The notes beneath the pieces are model-generated. The model was not told where the DNA came from, ran no database searches, and saw only the letters and a list, made by a program, of their open reading frames with translations. 64,000 bases of DNA from a virus (taxonomy: Duplodnaviria > Caudoviricetes). This document shows positions 21,001-24,332 of this stretch, piece after piece; the stretch's first letter is position 1, and each line of letters begins with the position of its first letter. The stretch is taken from the IMG/VR virus record IMGVR_UViG_3300025073_000989; one strand, 5' to 3'. The position numbers and the translations under genes were made by a program.

Positions 21001-22081
21001 TATCTGATATGAATGCATATTCTACTTTTATAGGCTTTTTTTGTAATTTTCTAACAAGATTATTATAAGCATCTTCTACTATATCTAAGTTAGTACTAAC
21101 TTCTATTTCGGTTTTGGAACTACCTAAAAGTTCAAGAAGTTTAGTTATATCACTAATGGCTTTTTTGTCTACGTCTACATTTATAGTAGATGACATAGAT
21201 TCTATATTCTTCTTTAGCTGACCAATTCTTGCGCTTAAAACGCTATCTACTTTACCCGACATTCTTTCTGAGGCCTTTTCTATAGCCCCACCAACATTTG
21301 CTCCTACTTTATTTATTTTGGTACTTAAGTTATCTCCGGCACTTTCTATACTGGATTGGACTTTACCTCCAGCAATATCTGCGGCTTTTTTGAAGGCTAC
21401 CTCAGCAGCCCTAGCTAAAAGATCACCAGCAGTACCACCAACAGCCTGACCAATGTACTTACCAGCGGATTTAGCAGCCTCGTCAGTTCCTCGTTTTATC
21501 TCTCCTCTAATTACAGTTCCAGCATCTCTTGAAGCAGCCTTAATGTTGTCACCAACAGCTGAAACTCCAGCATCTAAACCGTCTGTAAGTACTTTCGAGC
21601 CCTTTTTAAAACTAGCATCTAGTTCAGAAGACAAAGCTCCTTTTATTTTGTCCAATAGACCTTTATCGTCTATTACTATTTCCACTGACTTAGTCTGTCC
21701 TGAAGGAACTCCAGCTACTTTAGTTTTTATGTCATCTCTAAGCTGTTTAAACTCATTCCTTAAGACAGCAACCAACTCTACACTAGTTTTATCTGATGTA
21801 CCTAATTCTTTTAGAATTTGTCTAAGTGTTCTCTCCAAGCCACTGTAATCACCAGCATTTACTGATCCGCCAGTTTGGGTATGCACCCTAAGTAGTTTTT
21901 CAATAGCCGATACTAAATCCTTACTAGTTGCTCCTATAGCTTTTTCTACAGAAGAAGCAATCTCTTGGGCCATTGGCCTAAAGTTTGTTGTACTACTAGA
22001 TATAGTGGAAGGGGATGAAACAGAACCACCACCTTTAGTGGTAGAATCCTTAATATTAATATTAAGATTATGTGTAGACAA
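1..22081 (-). CDS. Giant tail tape-measure protein fused to a two-barrel RNA polymerase and a PD-(D/E)XK nuclease (at least 7,360 aa, 3' end outside the window)
   Basis: TTG start at 22081 preceded by AAGGAGG. The same frame was open in every segment translated (MSTHNLNINIKDSTTKGGG at the start; SKSTVKVEFENLEKIEDIL at the window edge). It lies directly after the tail-tube and chaperone genes and contains a TP901-type tape-measure domain. Not every codon was checked. Confidence 0.9.
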   Translation of the reverse strand, partial: MSTHNLNINIKDSTTKGGGSVSSPSTISSSTTNFRPMAQEIASSVEKAIGATSKDLVSAIEKLLRVHTQTGGSVNAGDYSGLERTLRQILKELGTSDKTSVELVAVLRNEFKQLRDDIKTKVAGVPSGQTKSVEIVIDDKGLLDKIKGALSSELDASFKKGSKVLTDGLDAGVSAVGDNIKAASRDAGTVIRGEIKRGTDEAAKSAGKYIGQAVGGTAGDLLARAAEVAFKKAADIAGGKVQSSIESAGDNLSTKINKVGANVGGAIEKASERMSGKVDSVLSARIGQLKKNIESMSSTINVDVDKKAISDITKLLELLGSSKTEIEVSTNLDIVEDAYNNLVRKLQKKPIKVEYAFISDTTDVNKAIKWTNNTLSKLKTDLTIKTAVGKPAEVNAAIDAIIAYRKELEELYKLSEKPIPASVNKQITTKLPNKLPTSVTQLSDKDYKELNDAVDTLVSRLIKEKTKELDQQKAKGNKVEIKSGEHDITRIKTAAKTRDVDALLNYSQASDSKLQTELTAALIKLKNSVPVAGMDALAESIDNSRAHVDAFGSGMVKASDSSKQIVQGTNAVLESQKDVTAATSKTAKNWEDISRKLSTYKIGHYPSGVIGPGKTDINSDRIRKASSVTSDSDDFKYVRDNVEFLNKTFSNMSKNIVTTLSQQLAKGWSLVDDKFKQVGDPTTARQWSVRMINTDAIRSTGAIGSGEGLIKDYIRKRSSDYMHLSGSDVALEKISDWLKHASKPDIKNLGLSQELIQKLIKAQKQPDTIRENKDILGALDDIFTATVGKETVERELQAKGLMRVVSLPAARLTERGVATVKTVHGSDRALSRRAVYDSGYEKLLGEISKRSGSLDDNDINSLASKIVPALLHPESDVPKQLSSELLTKAKATGAVDIKKLYKEAVISKTAIDKSNLSPTELKQEIEKVSDSVYAFLDNSSLDDLPKFFSSMQKKFGVSTTDAVKTLDSVRFESFYDTIDKVLNANIGTNNKQFESLVSRLAKNPQHDKNIREFEQAIAQVEQLVPVIEPGRPRRGFHQQKVVDFDIMTSDFLKDVKQLGPDEVKNAYRSTNVRLDEMTAVNNALNKAGIVDKPSQLKGLNAKYLSSLGLPESQASRYTYYRGGAVTGTDEEPLTEGTKFLSKGLKGHSLRLYSDSLREQAPFGQFQQAGRNITNVTNAMSSSMDDIEKWADKFPGSSRFAGGITTEYPQLRTTRERDLIQSGAFGKQGYGFNVTTELRHTAGTFEDQIMIGGKLADALTSIVKTLVLPSAKGLMSIEGLGDSAHAIDDIEPKILKALTGGIKSASAEYQKIFGKTTGKYEGRADQALIEDVKKKIAVVRAKDVEVQAAELAEVFVNHFGRKFTTRYGSKGVSITPGTGLGFANVPKTMGEMGSELLDREVSTFSDPELLNTFKVLSEDLKKSGNKFMLDIFKDPSKGIVSDKKEIKFENTLYEEFSKQINKLYGVNVENIEDLQKLYKDVTGGGTTKKVPIDVRISSYGAGKRGLQTEVMELITNNLAGTGKGGTTTLPTEFSPEAYKRLLPGGDITKASSTLGFKGIDKSKKAITDDLKKSGYSEDMAKKAAEIERLSNFYVDVEDELGNKVKSLVGSKFLQVIQEPHAFAEWKASDIEKGLKGIKLNLPAYASYASVFGEKSALMDEIKNQADLSSREQFEYVKALLIGMGKNKQHVQQALDDMKTVELKDIKQWSGHLGSFLIDSAGTQSLHNTLLDTEKFPSAFSVNIPSGGPDNDLKSVKSGRKEPFYVPGPLIRKSYDDPLIAGAKAPDKITRRLQQIIDYSKDVENLLAGSDTDISTDDIKKAITNKAYTLAKDSKIPVTADDELFKLYDAIAKSSKNEDRARNSAKKNYESQGTRAYATAISATLKAGDSTDDSLQDIVKTFNIDVSNDTKLERAMKLLNQAKEDYYSDLAKAVLGKSGGVAGSLFTRRIPSIMAKAINAVVDKTDEFSSFSNNLQDISSTYGDLSISGIEKLPSLSKSFAAIGSEHALKVESYKKAGVPVLKQDELGIPEDMAKKLSVRFTRRYTNEGEDIYVGNQREKKETLHSLLKYSETLAKAKPGDDKINKYINDELVPYVESVRFPFTGTSSIQPYKAKLLSGEMGAHALTVPGMPEMDFAKFDQALGEVKAIRSSAVEKRETLRSNDEEGNQVEIQRLTELINKLNGAISEILPKYIAHQQKLDFDGDEIEVHTAKTSDARKDIKKHFDLLSKDVDTTAGVFRDYFTNEAMQPSQGEYPLAFMYKAMSKKFPEAGFLEKPFLERTDPDYGSKFKSAIDANLFKVHTGPETEALYRVTRLFESQNALGKGQLGADDTTLEGKLSRERNTQMNELLRFSIQKGMDVKHAGEGTVSRDIIRALTFAKGDSSAFISRVNTEDDLKGLKEFMEQNEASLKMRFGAMSTGELKTEAENLYSIKGYSGKIPTGRKALLEDLISKEGFSGFISDLSKDIANAINKGIKKEYDINPTIKGKPVDFDTYKSNAWEKLKSGNADPIKKYFSDAYMPLHGFTRASSGSDSSKKGLQATVAEIESALGDIQSASTAGGAYADMVNSSSRRLVKEQDEIIRLVRSAGNPETFLNQSAEELFTRLSSGNLSESHKELFYNEDTFNKMLDITGVKSVRKDVEMSFSEGLKDLNISSGNTAEEKEKAFNDSLKDVTKLHQVDQILSVLKRSAPDVVKSVFTPNDLRVADVNDFKRYDRHRKPTKAHRTEESDFMSTFGSSGGSGGGSGGGKDTGAPSDDFDGNKPLPFKYEGSPISVHIASIADNLSFIQLKDNIEYTKAGTPSLVGTLDDLERTASALSGYSNELSGTDFGKVFRASGISSGGKYNDIINTEEDRVRSQIEAIKATMLGTKSESPALRTTAVVGTGLHEKVQREYKSKGYEAERLVSKVTDVGEITGHIDMLKKSDNLVTELVDIKTSSSNFIDKLSEVISVVGNDFDDIIKHISGKSNYTYLRKKLEDTASQVNFYIEALGDEASPDIKSEGWFYSAAGKGSDSEKTVVKFKKDTERYKKDIEAIKVAREELGPDAVYAKTGSFEELKSAQSKRVELSDEELSSFMSKAQQLYTKRHNKKAFREIEDDINSTKSRIIPGFTKGSSLSDATPSDYRIPPKIHRGGNLLDDTSKNLRELQNQAILSQKDLGVEFNDVTESVPNTIADLLKRAVSEGPDYQTFIDATKEATDLAKRTDNQQGLPGNMITKAWKAYRLALGEYYLNKIAAARKELIALEEERGVGMAPMAYAKYEDSISRMQEFVKRGMGKPSDIYTVNKQHLDSKLAESAGVFIPPAELIRQAQGPLGEDDQLGDIFKSIISDAESGERMAPAKKTRAILDELTSVNKEKIDILNDREKKDFVDRMGSSYAKAWDFQGMGDRVTRLRASLEKYKKFNISTDEPDKSKNIENIIKYLKSVESAYLPAGIEPNPSSYGTTGTVKVPKWIDPAQQQAMHTMNIQKLKEYYGKTEEEGGAKVGERMSYTTKIFDETGNVLKNIITDFYKYGETIDETGKKVGVFHDKQRDMTAMMQGTQKGFRGAIVRAAKWGAASTLVYGGTAKLAQSVDTMGDVETAMARIKMVMSPLEANFDSLQESAIKFSKKYGISIKDVLKSMQIFAQQGLSQAEIIDRTKTSTLAANVTTLNAKDATEALTAAMSIFGREGESSMRFMDAWSEVEAKTAVTAGDMANAIKKSASAAKVAGVDFDQLNGIVAAVGSTTRQTGNEVGTSMRFILRRLSAEKGPEELAKMGISTMTPSGELRKGFDVLGDLASKWNSLTSAQKLNIAQAIGGTRQYNSLIVMMDKWDDVLRAVRDSVNSKGSAERRNLEIMNTYQKQIEQTKAAAVELQIAFGKVALPVFKTGLKGMRFLLESISAIPGPVKVALTSLTLFFAYMSKGGYVIGKLTDLLAGASSIFKEFGGNFDREITNAKFEVLGKGPGQDLGLKTLKRDVDEALQGKTLKDFNSSLGKTLFLLSNTGQSYNKWLGTVVGTGAKGLASAGGAVESFSDKLDHLSALATAGSPGPVLKGVGALATGAAVGAEVTGYAAKKAGEFGGERASKFVEAFASKNSDLVKSISPLIATVIGLGYAFNGLNNKYRGLLISSQDYEKSVYGTRRAQESELSSIRGLLTNYDTLSSKLKNIQASRDPNQKSRKQELGTYVSPLIALANFQKEVSSTTNSLATSNLGLIAGYDKLGNAILSTKDNLKGYLKVLEKVKLKDMAKVEIGVASKHIEALTQTEGPEKWKYELRELIKEAPVFGELLAKGIEVTPAKSMKVLTTRLNELISARSKTPLSTAFDKDIIKYQGQLDTIKKNFNETYSDFKKTLSNISTDGLNPKEISNIFNNPELKKGYQLMLDVEPRFNLNETKGKIKWQDVLGADVMKRVFPEMASSFDATSILTTARLETSGVSKREGKLLSNDLVTFIDGAADKYNIAGNQAIVRLKETTDGVFEWVATYFNTKTLQVEERPFDKSMQKMADSIFPQKAIEQDLSDRIDALNEFVAGAGAGLRGISAKDFKRDFNLGERFFSDIATTSIIQGDKGFTPKSGFGSSPFQQSWAKDFKEFYEKPMSDYRRSLEELVKLKAEGLDNKEGLSTGLFEELTRLQEILKNNQVVFQYRAILTDLTKEFEAGARALKENVAIEKTRQALMVDTGGLLKGHFSELANVDLGAESYNNLTAQQRALRDNSNFEKAASSLRELNLKRTGLSENVFSAEKAKVALESIRNVSKGFGSVLSPEDMKKYTEVVARTGDTGVAELKIETSKVADNTAATVERLDRLIEGQTDDTEIVESLLSSWADRFSLSFGKTGRTKEALERVAGIRDEAAASGDFDKMASANKALDVLSKQLVDEVGIKKAISKVDWNYAIGKNNFTPEEMSQRAYSGVNYKDFITELRSALPPERKWFGLAKVEGQPSFDKDVKRIADLQAENNEDTFISSKNIAKTAAASSIYSTLSKSGSNKIIDALDEQISVAKTAGQDTSALESKRAEAQKKADIYGVLQSLSLITSGSTQFAQALGFSEANIKKMGVAAVSTYVGLKLLSKASDTEMPASASTFEKTMEEVLAKKARGEDVGTMDMLKVRRAGEAFMKDVGSEKEKYGVSDETIAAIKEQTDVIKDQDVGPEQVDRLSAILDAIKGLNKDKPEGKATGGYIHGPGGPTSDKVNLMASNGEYILNADKTKKLGIKNLDYMNKYGEVPSWLRSKYNDVSGYVKRSPILSTVGSGLTGLGVYNAAKKIGSIGAVGKATGAVSGTLSKLVGKVGLKGLSRFIPGLSWAMLAAQLGYMLFGDSDDSALTVPPKMAGGGIIDDPLAIKPKVSDFLPEEYKKYIELLEKSTPPKMAGGGAVFGPGGPTSDLVPLMASAGEYIFKASAVDKLGLDRLNYMNTTGKIPRFAGGGIIGKYKAGGPVSQDPSSEIAKLMAAELGATFAGYLAEKNAGDIEVSTNRNKAAEESKLIKDLIKQNPEAAQKIFEQQINDIGKTTTQSVETIKKSLVLDTDNEFKNVTDNIDDMKKNLVSEFEIMSEEASKLQRELSRIKFAEELKMQLEAVKRAVNEIFSAQEVSRMVSEAGKPSALGMLNPYQWLSKPSKASGMLAGKYNPQTVDFGIRSFSDMTPEQLLGGYHGKKLLNYNMGIDDLFLRPMDKVKGAFKDFKLFSKDFDFTNPITFLKGFKNIQNPFKNLMNNALSMKGTSGTFEEEFKKLELKQTEKSNIESVMKKLTEEKLELTNRTDKTDIEKDRLGQVTDELDRLAESAAKASKEIDNSKEKLRPAYIAAEQALKNFSNKKSAYLGFQSDELEKKYNIGSMTNKDLFGYPGELTPRMDKRQMNAQQFAYSNLGEGYKNSIDTLIRLQQTVATIKSDIVSKEGNKAELIAKRDIDKQDIEENTNQINLLDSAIEQDTIKLRAATDAFAALGRQVEVIENVSGALQRMNIVLEDVSSTRITENLSGVKTFMDTMKAQYGSSDLLGKQYIAPLERFKYNISGSNIKASANKYEVEQAGYMQTLIGTALNPKVEALMGMALLPQKQKEERQYEFKKQGFEDFQSIAAPFKEAISNIQRLATFGGEGTDVSALTSFRDLIDKALGGMDEEKLNSYIDALSKGDMGQLRSITLGIKDSLAPVIDALGNSGNKQLEDIAARLSKSLGVGQKESPQQQLLNAAKEAADHLRNIESILKKPDKVEKKASGGRIFGEGGPKADKISAYLSNGEYVIKTESARKLGYAVLDHINSTGEVPRFAEGGIVGNKYTDEELRARLEEVRSRTIEENRLQIENKKVNPEYKSARFVDDNGIAKQLGNQGQFEDINYNKSYRISSLDNLKEMSNVLDKARSEQDINELTRIYSSTTEEIAAKKAKDVAAEKAKLSEDMAKQAGIRYLTDTGTSEEEAKRISGLSREEVAMEYKTDQEIERIRKEREDKIKNEKAKVFDREEAYKIAKSGSDMAFSGSSGNSWYDQMIEHSEAAHKSVIERHSEIKDLDTKGLGNKLKNYPKMAWDWSTNFATETLRFFSGAPFIAMAKSAGEGLAKRKLKLDEQKGTSGWRLGNVPEAVFSQAVDTSKNIAGTFSSESILAMGNALKKDYEETGFTSTLGSVAGPMLSGKLLSGAIASRSPKTLMEKQAEELTKLRTAAQEASDTGRPYTARFREAKANKYQTNIAESAHREALGIPSAYDKLKTVAGSGIKKGFGSAIDIGKSSLSSAWGGLRKSYYSVKSGDFAESVLKGVYKTTDAIKITTDFLNKGMDKTRPIVTGVMDKTKTTISDISANKPKINDLLNKTMGVTGDTAEAVKQHISGFSGTDLVKNVKQYLSDAQAKAAELTSKAGSKAAESPFLSRALYKAAESPFLSRALYKAMDLTEAAKQHISGISGTKVGDLAKQAYGFGKQKLSELSGTKASSLAESFKQRMADAQAKAAELTSKAGSKAAESPFLSRALYKVMDLTEAAKQRLFKIKNKLTKKALGGPVFFASGGIVDDKYSYLGTYGNQRLTDEEYKKAQLEAPTASQLIEEAKKNKHSFDEGVTLNDTLRNIDPSTTVPIDKMRYFSEADNFEFSQIRAKMAQGLLTKEELNSAVASAKLGNKQPKLVKDPLNEYKQNKAAERVSLENNIANYLASTKAISPEQAGAIKSSDGLGRSLSMVGVGYKRGELGEYIITKMPDKGDVVPYSELIKSKEYERYKAGFQSFINPTKEDNVQDEYTKALVPVIEKVKAAVALPTDLKNNLDLLGISSTKTWSGESDIDQIKRLIKELKRAKGEVDWYDRGTGSTGWQGSDADKKALGGRVSFNFPKSRVMHDGGLIKDTGPYLLKEGEVVVPDAPASGGTAELQKSILNSISTNNSKSTVKVEFENLEKIEDIL
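1229..1638. repeat. Near-identical in-frame direct repeat with a nested 39-bp tandem duplication
   Basis: 1229-1347 recurs at 1481-1638 (offset 252 bp). The second copy carries CTTTATACAGCGCTCTAGATAGGAAAGGACTTTCGGC twice (1510-1548 and 1549-1587). Confidence 0.95.
3335..6620 (-). repeat. Three copies of a ~55-aa GGxxxGPGGPTSD..P..SNGEY module in the tape-measure protein
   Basis: KATGGYIHGPGGPTSDKVNLMASNGEYIL (~6465-6620), MAGGGAVFGPGGPTSDLVPLMASAGEYIF (~5865-6040), KASGGRIFGEGGPKADKISAYLSNGEYVI (~3335-3510). Confidence 0.85.
10500..11460 (-). other. TP901-family tape-measure core domain (PhageMin_Tail-like)
   Basis: Translation: KWGAASTLVYGGTAKLAQSVDTMGDVETAMARIKMVM...AAVGSTTRQTGNEVGTSMRFILRRL...LAKMGIST...FDVLGDLASKWNSLTSAQKLNIAQAIGGTRQYNSLIVMM, the typical signature. 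Confidence 0.9.
13124..13600 (-). other. RecB/Cas4-like PD-(D/E)XK nuclease domain inside the giant ORF
   Basis: Motifs in order: FRASGIS, VGTGLHEKVQ, EAERLV, ITGHIDML (Asp at 13325-13327), ELVDIKT (13277-13285), SQVNFY (13124-13138). Confidence 0.75.
15473..18601 (-). other. Two-barrel (double-psi beta-barrel) RNA polymerase catalytic core inside the giant ORF
   Basis: Beta-like motifs in canonical order: PFGQFQQAGRNI (~18601), GFNVTTELRHTAGTFEDQIMI (FED 18344-18352), GRKFTTRYGSKGVS (17966-18007), PIDVRISSYGAGKRGLQTEVME (~17550-17615). Beta'-like motifs follow: LFTRRIPSIMAKAINAV (~16210-16255), QDELGIPEDMAKKL (~15979-16018), VRFPFTGTSSIQPY (~15755-15795), KLDFDGDEIEVH (DFDGD 15473-15487). 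Confidence 0.9.
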
Positions 22082-22154
22082 GACCGAGTTCCTCCTTAGA
22101 AATTAACCTTTTACCTTTTACTTTAAAATAGTTAGATAATTCTTTTAAATAAAA

Positions 22155-23180
22155 CTAACGCCTTTTGGTACGTTTTTTTATAACAGTCCGGTCTTTTATC
22201 CTTTGGGCCTCTCTTGGTTTATCGTATTTTATATCTTCATATAATTCATTAGAACGTGTTATTATTACTTCTTCTTTATCAAAAGCTGACATCTTACCGC
22301 CTATACTCCTTTTGCTTCGTCTAGAAGCATCGTCCTGTGTCCTTTCCTTATAGTAAACTGTCATATACGAATCTAATGCCTCATCATCATCTATAACCAT
22401 ATCAGAAGGTCTATCTTCCGGCATCATTTCATATATATTTTGATAATAATTAGACCAGTAAACTAAATTAAATTGATCGTTAGAGTAGTCAGAGGTAGGT
22501 ACACCAAAAAGTGACTCTGAACACTTAATGCTACTTATATATCTAATTCTCCACAAATTACTTCTAGCTATATATCTAACTAATTCTTGCGATAATCCAG
22601 AATAAAAAGACAAAAACTCTGAAAACACAGAATTCTTAAAAACAACATCCTTCTCACTACCAAAAGCTAATTTATCTTTCCAGTATAAAGAATCTTCATC
22701 AAGAACATAAACACAACGATGACATAAAAATATATTTTTATCTTCCTCGGCTTTAGTCTCTGCTGACATTATTAACCTTGAGTATTTTTTATATTGTATC
22801 TCATTAATTTTATTTTTAATATTTAAAATTATATTTTTTATTCTATCTGAATTAGCTTTAACTTTTGTGGTTTTAGATAATAATACTTGCTGGGCTTCCA
22901 GCTTAGACTTTAAATCATTTACTTCTTTTTGATCTTTTTCTGTAAAAATACCACGTTTGTTTATTAGTTCTTCTAGTTCATCTTTAGGAAGAAGGCCGTC
23001 ATTAACTGCATTAGCGTAACTGCTAGCGTAGACAACAGCGGCCTCCATTTTTATTCTATTACTAGGCTGTTTTAATAGCAAAAAAACATCCTCATCCTTT
23101 TTATTTACCTTTATTATACTTTCGCCAGTAAATATTGACAATAGATAATTATTTAGCTCGTCATAAGTCAACTCTTCCAT
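22155..23180 (-). CDS. Putative tail assembly chaperone, 341 aa
   Basis: Immediately upstream of the tape-measure gene; helical; N-terminal half resembles the adjacent 253-aa protein. Confidence 0.55.
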   Translation of the reverse strand: MEELTYDELNNYLLSIFTGESIIKVNKKDEDVFLLLKQPSNRIKMEAAVVYASSYANAVNDGLLPKDELEELINKRGIFTEKDQKEVNDLKSKLEAQQVLLSKTTKVKANSDRIKNIILNIKNKINEIQYKKYSRLIMSAETKAEEDKNIFLCHRCVYVLDEDSLYWKDKLAFGSEKDVVFKNSVFSEFLSFYSGLSQELVRYIARSNLWRIRYISSIKCSESLFGVPTSDYSNDQFNLVYWSNYYQNIYEMMPEDRPSDMVIDDDEALDSYMTVYYKERTQDDASRRSKRSIGGKMSAFDKEEVIITRSNELYEDIKYDKPREAQRIKDRTVIKKRTKRR

Positions 23181-23217
23181 AATGTGCTTATATTAATAAA
23201 CTAGTTACTTAATTAAA

Positions 23218-23979
23218 CTATATTTTATCTACATTTATTTTTTTATCAGTGTTTTTAATTTTAGTAGTCTTTAGTTTCTTTGGAAGCTCCTTAGCCTTTT
23301 CTTGCTCTTCTTTAGCTAATATTTCTTCTGATATAGCTTTAGCAGAAAGCATAGCATCCCTTGCTTTGTCTAAAACACTAGTTTCTACTTCACGCATAGC
23401 AACCGCTTCCGGTGTATTTTCTAAAAAGTTAGAGTCAAGTCCTTGTAAATAAAGCATGGTTTCAAAACGAGCTTTCATAGCAAGTTGTTGATTTTTTTCA
23501 GATTTATAGGCATCAAAAGTAGACCATACTCTAGAAACGTCCTCTTTTTGAATTATACATGATGTTAAAAATTCAAGACGGGCGTCGTCTGCTATTTGTT
23601 CACAGGTATTGCTCATTGGACCATTCAGTCTTTGATTCCACTGAAATACTTCTTCTCGGGCCATAGCTACTTCAACAGCTAAAGTTCTTTTTAAATCCAT
23701 ATCTGTGGTTTCTTCTAATTTGTTTATTTTGTAATTCAAAACACCTATTAATTCTTTAGCGCGCTGTTCAAACTCTGGACCTATAATACCGCGCCGCATT
23801 AAAATATCCATCATCTCAGCACTAGTAGTAATACCCTCTACCAAACTAGTTGTATAGGTTTTACTGTACTGCCAATCCGCACCTCTAATATTCTCAGCAG
23901 TAGGTACCCCTATAAAATAAATATCACCCTCATCATCTAGATCAAAACTTCTCCTTAAATCCACATTAGTATTATCCAT
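23218..23979 (-). CDS. Putative tail assembly chaperone, 253 aa
   Basis: Lies between tail-tube and tape-measure genes; paralogous to 22155..23180. Confidence 0.55.
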   Translation of the reverse strand: MDNTNVDLRRSFDLDDEGDIYFIGVPTAENIRGADWQYSKTYTTSLVEGITTSAEMMDILMRRGIIGPEFEQRAKELIGVLNYKINKLEETTDMDLKRTLAVEVAMAREEVFQWNQRLNGPMSNTCEQIADDARLEFLTSCIIQKEDVSRVWSTFDAYKSEKNQQLAMKARFETMLYLQGLDSNFLENTPEAVAMREVETSVLDKARDAMLSAKAISEEILAKEEQEKAKELPKKLKTTKIKNTDKKINVDKI

Positions 23980-24250
23980 TACTTTTTACTCCTTTACCTT
24001 TATTGTTTGTTTTACGAGTTACCTCGATAACATCCTCTGTTGTAGGTATATAGTCTACGCTATACATATCTACAACACCCTTTAGTGCCCTTATACAATC
24101 ATTGCCTGCCCTAAGCACTCTTGATCTCAGAGCTTTATATACTTCAGGCTGTGCACAAGCAACCTGGGCATAATCAAGAATTGTTTCAAACATTATTGTA
24201 ATTTCTTTCTCTGCCTCTTTCTTTAACTTATCCTTACTAGTTATTCCCAT
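23972..24250 (-). CDS. Hypothetical protein, 92 aa
   Basis: ORF with AAAGGAGG RBS, overlapping the next start. Confidence 0.75.
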   Translation of the reverse strand: MGITSKDKLKKEAEKEITIMFETILDYAQVACAQPEVYKALRSRVLRAGNDCIRALKGVVDMYSVDYIPTTEDVIEVTRKTNNKGKGVKSNG

Positions 24251-24271
24251 TCCAAAATCCTCCTTTAATCA

Positions 24272-24313
24272 TAATTCTGGTAGACAAGGTAAATACCCCG
24301 CCTACCAGAATTA
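24272..24313 (-). other. 18-bp RNA stem-loop downstream of the tail-tube gene
   Basis: TAATTCTGGTAG/CTACCAGAATTA arms, extended by GCGGGG/CCUUGU pairing (three G-U) on the minus-strand transcript; no U-tract. Confidence 0.6.
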
Positions 24314-24332
24314 CTAGCCTTAATACCTCAAA

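Noticed and set aside
23218-23250. A7 run near the end of the first chaperone gene as a -1 frameshift site
   Set aside because: The -1 frame stops within a few codons and cannot reach 22155..23180.
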